Of a DNA stretch of 64,000 bases, positions 51,991 to 59,697 are shown in pieces (position 1 is the first letter of the stretch; each line of letters starts with the position of its first letter). The notes beneath the pieces are model-generated. The model saw only the letters and a list, made by a program, of their open reading frames with translations, was not told the DNA's origin and searched no databases. The translations under genes were made by a program, and so were the position numbers. This DNA is from an uncultured Fimbriimonadales bacterium (GTDB lineage Bacteria > Armatimonadota > Fimbriimonadia > Fimbriimonadales > ATM1), in the NCBI GenBank assembly GCA_964631245.1, contig CAZVXY010000005.1, forward strand, positions 105,497 to 169,496, read 5' to 3'.

Positions 51991-52737
51991 GTGCTTATCT
52001 CCACCTATCTGCACATTCCTGGGATAGGACCCAAGATTGAACGCACTTTGTGGGAGCAAGGTGCGCGAACGTGGGAGGATTTCCTCAAAAATCCCGAGCG
52101 ATTTCGCATTGCACCGGCTAACAGGGTTACGGTGGCTCAAGCATTAATGGATAGTCTGGACAGGCTCCAAGCAGGGGACCTGCGTTATTTTGCGGTTCGT
52201 TTGCCGAGATGGGAAACGTGGCGCCTGTTTCCTGAATTTCAACACCAAATCCTCTATCTGGACATTGAGACCGACGGCGGTTGGTCGGGCGATTCTATAA
52301 CGGTGATAGGGTGTTATGATGGTTCGGAATATCTGGCATTTGTGAAAGGGCGGGACTTGGACGATTTTGAGGAGTATGCACGGAGGTTCTCTGCCCTTGT
52401 TACCTTTTTTGGAAGTGGGTTTGACCTTCCTGTGCTTCGCCGTCGGTATCCTGCCTTTGGGGAAGGGTGCTTGCATATAGACTTGTGTTTTCTCTTTAGG
52501 CGGTTGGGGTTTCGCGGGGGGTTGAAGTCCTTAGAGCGCCGATTGAACCTTACTCGCAGTCCGGAGGTGGCGGGGCTGAATGGACGGGATGCCATTTATC
52601 TCTGGCAGAGTCATCTTCGGGGAGTGCCGGGGAGCTTGGAGCGCCTCCTCCAATACAATAAAGAGGATGTAGTGAATCTGAAAGTGTTGATGGAGATTGC
52701 TTACGGGATTTTGCGGAGCAGGACCCTGCGGGAATAG
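51991..52737 (+). CDS. RNase H-like / DnaQ-like exonuclease (YprB/MrfB-like, COG3359-like)
   Basis: 248 aa. ILYLDIETDG acidic motif, then FFGSGFDLPVL and YNKEDV motifs typical of DEDD-type exonucleases. GTG start is uncertain. Confidence 0.65.
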   Translation: MLISTYLHIPGIGPKIERTLWEQGARTWEDFLKNPERFRIAPANRVTVAQALMDSLDRLQAGDLRYFAVRLPRWETWRLFPEFQHQILYLDIETDGGWSGDSITVIGCYDGSEYLAFVKGRDLDDFEEYARRFSALVTFFGSGFDLPVLRRRYPAFGEGCLHIDLCFLFRRLGFRGGLKSLERRLNLTRSPEVAGLNGRDAIYLWQSHLRGVPGSLERLLQYNKEDVVNLKVLMEIAYGILRSRTLRE

Positions 52738-52874
52738 AGAATTCGGCGAGTGTTATTTAAATTATCCAATATTGAGATGGAAAGCCCCATTATCTCAGGG
52801 GGTTCTGCATTGTGTAAAATGCTTTAGAGCCATTAGAGAATTTTCCTTTTGGGAAAAGCCGTCGGATACTAACG

Positions 52875-54077
52875 ATGATTCGGTGTCAAGAATGCCAAGC
52901 GGATAACTTAGCGGGAAGTCGGTTTTGCCGATTGTGTGGGAAGCCGTTGCCCCTTCGGTCTCCCGCCCCGCGCATCCGCCCGGAAGATATTGACCGGGTT
53001 TTGAGTGAGGCGTATCGTATCGTGCACTCCGGGGACGTGGAAGAAGCCCTTTTCCTGGCGGACGCTGTATTGAGTGTGGACCCGGAGAACTCCTCAGGGT
53101 TGGCGCTCAAGGGTCTTTGTCTGGAAAAACTTGGAGACATAGAGGGCGCCGTTGAGGTTTATGAAGAACTTGTGTTGCGCAACCCGGATTCACCTTTGGA
53201 TCGCATCAAGTTGGCACAACTTCGCCGAAAGCTGGGTGTGGTGCAGAAGGATGGGGAAGCGCTGAAGACGCGAAAGGCGCTCGCGGTGGTTGGGTCTATT
53301 CTAACGACTTTGGTGGTGGGGATGGGAGGGGTGGTGTTCGCTTTGCTTCAGTCACCCTCTCCTTCGCCTTCGGAGAAAGCACTCACTGCGCAACAGACCC
53401 TTACGGGGTTTGACCTTCCCGAATCGCCTCCTCGGTCGGCCGGGACCGAGTCGCCCCCCCCAGCGGAGCCTTCTTCTTCCAGTATGCCTTCTGGGGGAAG
53501 CAATGCTCCTGCTCCCAGTTTTCCACGATCCAACGTCCCCTGGCTTCCCCCGGTGAATTTTGAAATTTCTCCCTCTCCTCGAGGGGGAGAGGGTGCCCTG
53601 CCTGCGGTAGAGGGTTCTGTTCCTCCTCCTCCCCCTGCGCCTGCTTCGGCTCCGGAAGGTTCCCGAGAGGTGCGCCCTTCTCCGGGGTCTGGGGATGAGA
53701 ACATTATGCCTCCGCCTCCTGAGCCTCAGCCTCGCAATCCCGGCACAGTGATCATCGTTCCTCGTGGAGAGGGTCAGGATGCTTCGCCGAGAGCGCTCAG
53801 CGAGAACATCTATCGCATCGCTCAGCAGAAGATGACCGCTGGGGATTATGCGGGAGCCATCCGCGACTTTCTCACGGCTCTTAATGGATCCGATAAGCCG
53901 GCGTTGATCCACCAACTGGTGGGTCGGTGCTATAAGAAGTTGAACGACATTGCGAAGGCAAAGGAGCACTTTGAAAAGGCGCTCTCCCTTTATGAAGCGT
54001 CTGCTCGTGCGGGTTCCGAGGAAGCAAAGGCGGCTATGGAAGCGTGCAGGCGGGAAATCCAATCCCTTGGGGGATAA
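52875..54077 (+). CDS. zinc-ribbon / TPR membrane protein with a Pro-rich linker
   Basis: 400 aa. N-terminal CQECQ...CRLCG ribbon, TPR, TM LAVVGSILTTLVVGMGGVVFALL, a Pro/Ser-rich segment, and a C-terminal TPR. Confidence 0.7.
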   Translation: MIRCQECQADNLAGSRFCRLCGKPLPLRSPAPRIRPEDIDRVLSEAYRIVHSGDVEEALFLADAVLSVDPENSSGLALKGLCLEKLGDIEGAVEVYEELVLRNPDSPLDRIKLAQLRRKLGVVQKDGEALKTRKALAVVGSILTTLVVGMGGVVFALLQSPSPSPSEKALTAQQTLTGFDLPESPPRSAGTESPPPAEPSSSSMPSGGSNAPAPSFPRSNVPWLPPVNFEISPSPRGGEGALPAVEGSVPPPPPAPASAPEGSREVRPSPGSGDENIMPPPPEPQPRNPGTVIIVPRGEGQDASPRALSENIYRIAQQKMTAGDYAGAIRDFLTALNGSDKPALIHQLVGRCYKKLNDIAKAKEHFEKALSLYEASARAGSEEAKAAMEACRREIQSLGG

Positions 54078-54080
54078 AAA

Positions 54081-55739
54081 TTGAATAAGGGAAAGCGCGA
54101 GCGGAAACTCGGGGACGGGCGGGCAGGATTCCCTGGGTGCGGGGCGTTTCTTCCCGAAAAATTCTCTTCCCGCTGGTGGAAGGGCTTGTTTGCGGTCCTT
54201 GGGGTGTTTGCGCTTTTCTTCTCGGGGGCAGTGCTCTGGGCAGAGGGGGGCGTTTCCTTTGTACCCAAGCCTTTTATTCTTATCTATCAGCAAAGGGTTA
54301 AGGAGTTTTCTGAGTTTGACCCCAATATGGACGTGATGCGGGCATTGGCGCAGACGATTGAGGACACGGGGCGCGCAGTTCCTGTTCTCTGGAGTCCTTT
54401 TGAGGCGGTCACTTCCGAGGCGATGAAGGTGTTGGGCTGGGCGACCCTGCCGGAAGCCCCTTCGGAGGCTCATCTTTTGCAAATGGCGAGCACTCTCAAA
54501 GCCCAATATGTGATCGTTTGCCAGGCGTATCTGGTGACGGGTTTGGGCTCTTCCCCAAAGGGTGACGTTGCTCAGGAAAGCCCTGTGCGAGCTCGCATAG
54601 AGCTTCATTCCCTTGCCACTCGTCGTCTCCTCTGGAGCGAGGAAGCGACCTTAGTGGTGTTTCGGGAGGGAAAGGTGGATAAGGAGGCAACCGCTCTGGC
54701 TCTTGCGGGGAATTGGACTATGAAGATGTTTTCAGGTCCTTTGAAGGATACAGGTACCTCGGTTCGCCCGCCTTCTCCCTCTGATCTCGGGGTGCCCTAT
54801 GCTCCTTCTCGCCCCATAGATGCTCAGCCTCTGGAGAATGGGAAGAGAGCCTTGAAAGAGGGGTTTTTGGAGGAAGCCATAGACTTTCTGAAGGATGCGG
54901 TGGATGCGGACCCCTTGAACGTGGAAGCCCGACTTGCCCTTATTGAGGCGTTGCGGAAAACGGGGCGTTTCTTTTTGGGGGCAGAAGAAGCCCTGCGAGC
55001 CTACAGGTTGATGCCCCAGGAGTCTTCCTTGCTTCTCGCGGGGGCTAACTGCTTGAGTGAAGGGGGGAAGCCCGATCGGGCGCTGGAGTTAGTGCGGGAG
55101 GTCCTCTCTAAGGAAGGGGAGAATGCAGGGGCGTATTCCCTTTTAGGGGATTTGTTGGTGGGGATGTTGGATTTTTCGGGTGCGATTTCTGCCTACACGC
55201 GGGCACTGGAACTTTCGCCAGACCCTGAGACTTATTTCCGTCGTGCTCAAGCCTATGCTCTCAGTGAGAAGTTTGATCTTTCGCTGGCAGATATAGCGTC
55301 CGCTCGGACGTTGGGCTTGTCCGAGGAGCCGGATACCGTAGAAGTGCGGTATGAGCGCACCATCTTTGTGGTGTCCACGATTTTCCAGAGTTTTGGTGCC
55401 GAGATTCGGAATCTCCTTTCGGAAGCAAAGTCGGACCCTCATAATACGGATTTGCGAAGGCGGGTGGGGGCTTATCTGGCTCGTTTGAATGCGTTTTCTC
55501 AATATTGGAGCGCTATGGAACCCCCGGAAAAACACCGGAATAGTCACGAGAGGCGGGCTTTGGCTTGTAACTTGCTTATTCAATCGGCGTGGGCGCTTGA
55601 TCGCTTCCTGAAAAATCAGGAGCAAGGATCTCATTCGGATGCGTATTTGCTCCAGATTGAGGCGATGCGTGAATTAGCAGGAGCCCAGGAAGCCTATCAG
55701 GCGGAAAAGCGGAAACCCACACAAAACCCGCTCACTTAG
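54081..55739 (+). CDS. membrane-anchored TPR repeat protein
   Basis: 552 aa. Begins 3 nt after the previous stop (TTG start, uncertain). TM GLFAVLGVFALFFSGAVLWA. Multiple TPR-like repeats in the C-terminal half. Confidence 0.65.
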   Translation: MNKGKRERKLGDGRAGFPGCGAFLPEKFSSRWWKGLFAVLGVFALFFSGAVLWAEGGVSFVPKPFILIYQQRVKEFSEFDPNMDVMRALAQTIEDTGRAVPVLWSPFEAVTSEAMKVLGWATLPEAPSEAHLLQMASTLKAQYVIVCQAYLVTGLGSSPKGDVAQESPVRARIELHSLATRRLLWSEEATLVVFREGKVDKEATALALAGNWTMKMFSGPLKDTGTSVRPPSPSDLGVPYAPSRPIDAQPLENGKRALKEGFLEEAIDFLKDAVDADPLNVEARLALIEALRKTGRFFLGAEEALRAYRLMPQESSLLLAGANCLSEGGKPDRALELVREVLSKEGENAGAYSLLGDLLVGMLDFSGAISAYTRALELSPDPETYFRRAQAYALSEKFDLSLADIASARTLGLSEEPDTVEVRYERTIFVVSTIFQSFGAEIRNLLSEAKSDPHNTDLRRRVGAYLARLNAFSQYWSAMEPPEKHRNSHERRALACNLLIQSAWALDRFLKNQEQGSHSDAYLLQIEAMRELAGAQEAYQAEKRKPTQNPLT

Positions 55740-55797
55740 CGATAAGGTAGCCCTCAAAGCCCTTGTTCGCCTGGTGAGTCACACGAGAGAGAAGAAG

Positions 55798-56463
55798 ATG
55801 CCTGAGAACGTGACTATGGTGTTCGTCATTCAGGGAGCCCTCTTTCTTGGGGCTGTTATCATTGCGGGCGCCTTGCGATGGTGGAAAGGGCGCGTGCCCG
55901 TGCCAGAGAAGTATACCCCCCTTTTCCTGCGACAGGGTGCCTGCACCTATGAGTGTCATTTTCTTGGTGTTTCGCGGAAGGGATGGATACTTTCCTTGCC
56001 CCATCGTTCTTCTTCTTTCAGATCCGTTTCTCTCCTGAAAAAGTTCACCGCCAGTTACCCCACGAGGAAGGGAGTGGCGGTCTTTGAAACGGAGGTCCTT
56101 TCCGTGGAGCAAGAACCCGTTCCCTCCCTTTTGATCCGACGCCCTACAGGGGTGGTCATCCGGGATCGGAGGTATGCGCGTCGGTGGGTCTTGCGCCCTC
56201 CCTTGCCAGTCGGAGTTATCGGGGATGGTTGCGTTTACCTGCGGGATGTGAGCGAAGGGGGAGCGAGATTGCTTTTACGGCATCCTCTCAAACAGGGTGG
56301 AGAAATTCCCCTTCACTTTGGTTTCGGCGTCATCCCTTCTGCGGTGTTGGATTGCAGGATTAATGCTCTTGAGGGGCTTCCCTATGAGGCGCGGGTGATT
56401 TTTTCTCGGCCCTTGTCCCCTTTGCGCGTGGAGGAACTCGTACGGGAGTGGGAGAGGGGGTGA
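55798..56463 (+). CDS. PilZ domain protein with an N-terminal TM helix (c-di-GMP receptor candidate)
   Basis: RRYARR (RxxxR), followed 24 residues later by DVSEGG (DxSxxG). N-terminal TM MVFVIQGALFLGAVIIAGAL. The ATG at 55798 is preferred over GTG at 55774. Confidence 0.7.
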   Translation: MPENVTMVFVIQGALFLGAVIIAGALRWWKGRVPVPEKYTPLFLRQGACTYECHFLGVSRKGWILSLPHRSSSFRSVSLLKKFTASYPTRKGVAVFETEVLSVEQEPVPSLLIRRPTGVVIRDRRYARRWVLRPPLPVGVIGDGCVYLRDVSEGGARLLLRHPLKQGGEIPLHFGFGVIPSAVLDCRINALEGLPYEARVIFSRPLSPLRVEELVREWERG

Positions 56464-56512
56464 GGATCCCTCCTTACTTTTGACTAAGGAAGCAAGCAAG
56501 GTGGCTCCCCGA

Positions 56513-56560
56513 GAGGTGACCTTTGATAGAAGAAAAGAGGTGACCTTTGATAGAAGAAAA
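56513..56560. repeat. perfect 24-bp tandem duplication (2 copies)
   Basis: GAGGTGACCTTTGATAGAAGAAAA at 56513-56536 is repeated exactly at 56537-56560, in the AT-rich gap upstream of the S8 protease gene. Confidence 0.95.
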
Positions 56561-56701
56561 AAGGCTTGTTTTTTCCTATTTTTTTATTGAGGAGAACAAA
56601 AAAGAGAACGAAATGGAGGCAAACCTGCGTCTTAACAAATTAGAGTAAACTCAATGGACCGCTTTGTTGCGGGTATCCACGCCTCACAGGAGAACAAAAA
56701 G

Positions 56702-58411
56702 ATGATGAAGAGATTGGGTGTTTTTCTTTCTGTTGTAGGTTTTTCGGCTTTTGCTCCCCTTCTGCTTGCCCAGGGTTGGGGCAATGCCTCCACCTATGTT
56801 CAACCCCCTGTATTCCGAGAAATCCCCGGTGAAATGGAGTTTACCGGCGAGATGATCGTTCGCCCTCTCCCCTTACGGGAGATGGTATTGCGGACAGGGA
56901 GTGTGGAGCGGGCATTGGTGGTTCGTGCGGTGGCGATGGCACTGGCATCTCGGGATGCCTATGAGTATGTGCCCGAAACGGATGAGTTCACCATTAAGTT
57001 GCCTCGTGGGATGAACGAAAACACCTATGCGCGTCGTATGATGGCAACGGGGTATTACCATTACGTGACGCCGAACTGGCGTGTGTATCCTGTTGTGGTT
57101 CCTAACGATCCCCTTTATCCCCAACAGTGGCACCATCCGAGAATCAATGCTCCCCAGGCGTGGGACATCCTTATAGGTAATTCCAGCCAGATTGTTGCGG
57201 TGTGCGATACGGGCATTGACCTCACGCATCCTGATTTAGCCCCGAACCGTGTCCCTGGCTATAATGCGGTGGACCAGTTGACGGAGGGACAAGGGGGACA
57301 GGTGAACGACATCAATGGTCACGGGACGCACGTGGCGGGTTGCGCGGCAGCGATTGGCAACAACGGCATTGGCGTGACCGGCGTGGGCTGGAACTTCCGC
57401 ATTATGATGGTTCGGGTTACGAATTCCAGCGGGGGGAGTTCTTCTATGACGGTGTTGACGCGGGGCGCACGCTGGGCAGCGGATAACGGCGCCAAGACCA
57501 TCAGCGTGAGTTATTCCGGCGTGAGTGACCCTGCGGTCCAGACCACCGGTCAGTATGTCAAAAGTAGAGGAGCCCTTCTGCTCTGGGCAGCGGGGAACAG
57601 CAACTCAAACCTGACATTTCAGTGGGCGGATGTGGTGGTGGTTGGAGCCACCGATTCTGCGGATAACAAGGCGAGTTTCTCCAGTTTTGGTCCGTGGGTT
57701 GTCTTTGCGCCCGGGGTGAACATTTTGAGCACCACGCGCGGAGGCACCTATGGCACGATGAGTGGGACATCTATGGCGACGCCGATCGCCAATGGTGTCG
57801 CCGCGATGATAAAGGCTCGCTTCCCGTCCTGGACGCCGGATATGGTTCAGTGGAAACTCTACACCACGGCAAGGGACCTGGGCACTGCAGGCAGGGATAA
57901 CACCTTTGGTTGGGGGCGAGTGGACCTCTTTGCGGCGGTGAGTCCTGGGCTGGCGGCGTTGCCCACTTCCTTTACTATTTTGCGTGGCGCTCGGGTAAGC
58001 GGTGACCTGAACAGCCTCCTCTGGCGGGATTCCAATTCTCTCGTTGTGAATGGTGTCTTGCCTTTAAATTCCGGCGATCCCTTTGTGTCAGTGGAAGTGG
58101 TGGGTAGCAGTCTTCTCAGGAATGCCACCCAGTTGGATATCAACGTGGTTCAGTCTGCCAACACCACGGGGCTACGGATGACGATAGAGGCGTATAACTT
58201 CGTCACGGGCACGTGGCAGGAAGTGGATTCGCGGGGAAGCACCCTGGGCGAGACAGACGTCGTGGCGAGCATCACCAGCAACGCTTCCCAATACATCAAC
58301 AGCAGTAACGGAGAGGTACGCATCCGGCTGAAGACTTTCCGCTCAGGGCTGACGACCACCTGGCCCTTCCAGGTGCGCTATAACTATGTTCGCTGGATCG
58401 CCTACGACTAA
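56702..58411 (+). CDS. secreted subtilisin-like serine protease (peptidase S8) with an uncharacterised C-terminal domain
   Basis: Asp VAVCDTGID, His HGTHVAG, and Ser GTSMATP triad. Signal peptide MMKRLGVFLSVVGFSAFAPLLLA. The ATG at 56702 follows AGGAG. Confidence 0.92.
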   Translation: MMKRLGVFLSVVGFSAFAPLLLAQGWGNASTYVQPPVFREIPGEMEFTGEMIVRPLPLREMVLRTGSVERALVVRAVAMALASRDAYEYVPETDEFTIKLPRGMNENTYARRMMATGYYHYVTPNWRVYPVVVPNDPLYPQQWHHPRINAPQAWDILIGNSSQIVAVCDTGIDLTHPDLAPNRVPGYNAVDQLTEGQGGQVNDINGHGTHVAGCAAAIGNNGIGVTGVGWNFRIMMVRVTNSSGGSSSMTVLTRGARWAADNGAKTISVSYSGVSDPAVQTTGQYVKSRGALLLWAAGNSNSNLTFQWADVVVVGATDSADNKASFSSFGPWVVFAPGVNILSTTRGGTYGTMSGTSMATPIANGVAAMIKARFPSWTPDMVQWKLYTTARDLGTAGRDNTFGWGRVDLFAAVSPGLAALPTSFTILRGARVSGDLNSLLWRDSNSLVVNGVLPLNSGDPFVSVEVVGSSLLRNATQLDINVVQSANTTGLRMTIEAYNFVTGTWQEVDSRGSTLGETDVVASITSNASQYINSSNGEVRIRLKTFRSGLTTTWPFQVRYNYVRWIAYD

Positions 58412-58431
58412 GGGCTGGAACACGACGACCT

Positions 58432-58478
58432 GAGGACGCCCCGGTGCTTCTGGGGCGTCCTCTCACGTCAGGTTTTTT
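58432..58478 (+). terminator. stem-loop terminator candidate after the protease gene
   Basis: GAGGACGCCCC (58432-58442), a 9-nt loop, GGGGCGTCCTC (58452-58462). The T-run GGTTTTTTG comes only 9 nt later. Confidence 0.55.
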
Positions 58479-58550
58479 GTGAAAAGGGGATGAGAGCAAG
58501 AGGCTTAGGGAGTTTTCTTCACTTGCTGTGAGCGAGTACACTTTCTCCCT

Positions 58551-58967
58551 ATGGAAGTTTCGCTGGAATGGATTGGCAAGATGCAGTTCAAAGGATCTCC
58601 TCCCTCGGGAATGGAACTCATTTTTGATGCTCATCCGGAGCATGGAGGTGAGGGGAAAGGTCCTCAACCCTTAGAGACTCTTTTGATGGCGTTGGCGGCG
58701 TGCACGGCGATGGATGTTGTTTCCATTCTTCAGAAAAAACGGCAGAAGGTTTTATCCTATCGGGTGGAAGTTCACGGTACGCGCCCCGCAGAGGGGGTTT
58801 GGCCCCGCCCCTTCACCGCAATCAAAGTGGTGCACCGAATCTCAGGGGACGACCTGGACCCGGAGGCAGTGGCGCGTGCGGTCCAGTTGAGTGATGAGAA
58901 ATATTGCTCCGTTATCGCTACTCTGCGGGCCTGCCCCAAAGTAGAGGTGGTATGGCAAGTCAATTAA
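58551..58967 (+). CDS. OsmC family peroxiredoxin-like protein
   Basis: 138 aa. LLMALAACTAMDV and KYCSVIATL, the two conserved Cys contexts of OsmC/Ohr. Confidence 0.85.
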   Translation: MEVSLEWIGKMQFKGSPPSGMELIFDAHPEHGGEGKGPQPLETLLMALAACTAMDVVSILQKKRQKVLSYRVEVHGTRPAEGVWPRPFTAIKVVHRISGDDLDPEAVARAVQLSDEKYCSVIATLRACPKVEVVWQVN

Positions 58968-59614
58968 CCCCTGCGCTGGCGGAGTATCTGGAGCAATTAG
59001 AATCCTCTCAAGCCCCGATATTCCGGGAGATGGAGGAACTTGCCCAGCAAGAGGGGTTTCCCATCATAGGTCCTCAATGCGGGCGCGTGCTGGCTTGCTT
59101 GAGTTTAGCCATTGGAGCCCGTCGGGTGTTTGAGATGGGTTCCGGGTTTGGTTATTCCACTCTTTGGTTTGCCCTGGCTCTGGGCAAAGAGGGCGAGGTG
59201 GTGCACACGGACTTTGATTCTAAGAATAGTGAGCGAGCCAGGGAGTTCCTCAAGAAAGCGGGGGCGGGAGCCCGCTGTCGGTTCAAGGTGGGGGATGCGG
59301 TAGACCTGTTGCTGGGGGAGCCTTTGCCCTTTGACGTTATTCTCATAGATATAGACAAACTTCAGTACCTTCGGGCGTTGGAAGTGGCGGTGAGAAAAGT
59401 GCGCGTGGGGGGCCTGATCCTGGCGCACAACGTGCTCTGGCGCGGTCGAGTAGCAGACCCCGGGGAGAAGGACTCCGCCACGGAGGCAATTCGGGGGTTT
59501 AATAGGGCTATAATGGAGCACCCTGAACTTCTGAGTTTCATCAACCCCGTCCACGATGGCTTGTCTGTGAGCCTGAAGGTGGACCCGTCTGTGAAGAAGC
59601 GGGTGCTGGTGTGA
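58952..59614 (+). CDS. class I SAM-dependent O-methyltransferase (caffeoyl-CoA OMT-like)
   Basis: RVFEMGSGFGYSTLWFA motif I, DVILIDIDK, LILAHNVLWRG. The ATG at 58952 overlaps the osmC 3' end. Confidence 0.85.
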   Translation: MASQLTPALAEYLEQLESSQAPIFREMEELAQQEGFPIIGPQCGRVLACLSLAIGARRVFEMGSGFGYSTLWFALALGKEGEVVHTDFDSKNSERAREFLKKAGAGARCRFKVGDAVDLLLGEPLPFDVILIDIDKLQYLRALEVAVRKVRVGGLILAHNVLWRGRVADPGEKDSATEAIRGFNRAIMEHPELLSFINPVHDGLSVSLKVDPSVKKRVLV

Positions 59615-59697
59615 CTTTTTGGGGAACAGAAGCGTCCAAAATATGCGAAAATATCTGTAGAGCGTTGAGCCTTGTGAGGCGCTCTAAGGAGGGACAT

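Noticed and set aside
53352-54608. 418-aa minus-strand ORF spanning the two TPR genes
   Set aside because: It is extremely Arg-rich (runs of RRRRR) and has no motifs. It crosses the boundary of two well-formed plus-strand genes. It is the mirror of Pro/Ser/Ala-rich coding sequence and therefore spurious.
56513-56560. Possible CRISPR array
   Set aside because: There are only two directly abutting 24-bp copies with no spacers, and no cas genes anywhere in the window. It is a tandem duplication, not a CRISPR.
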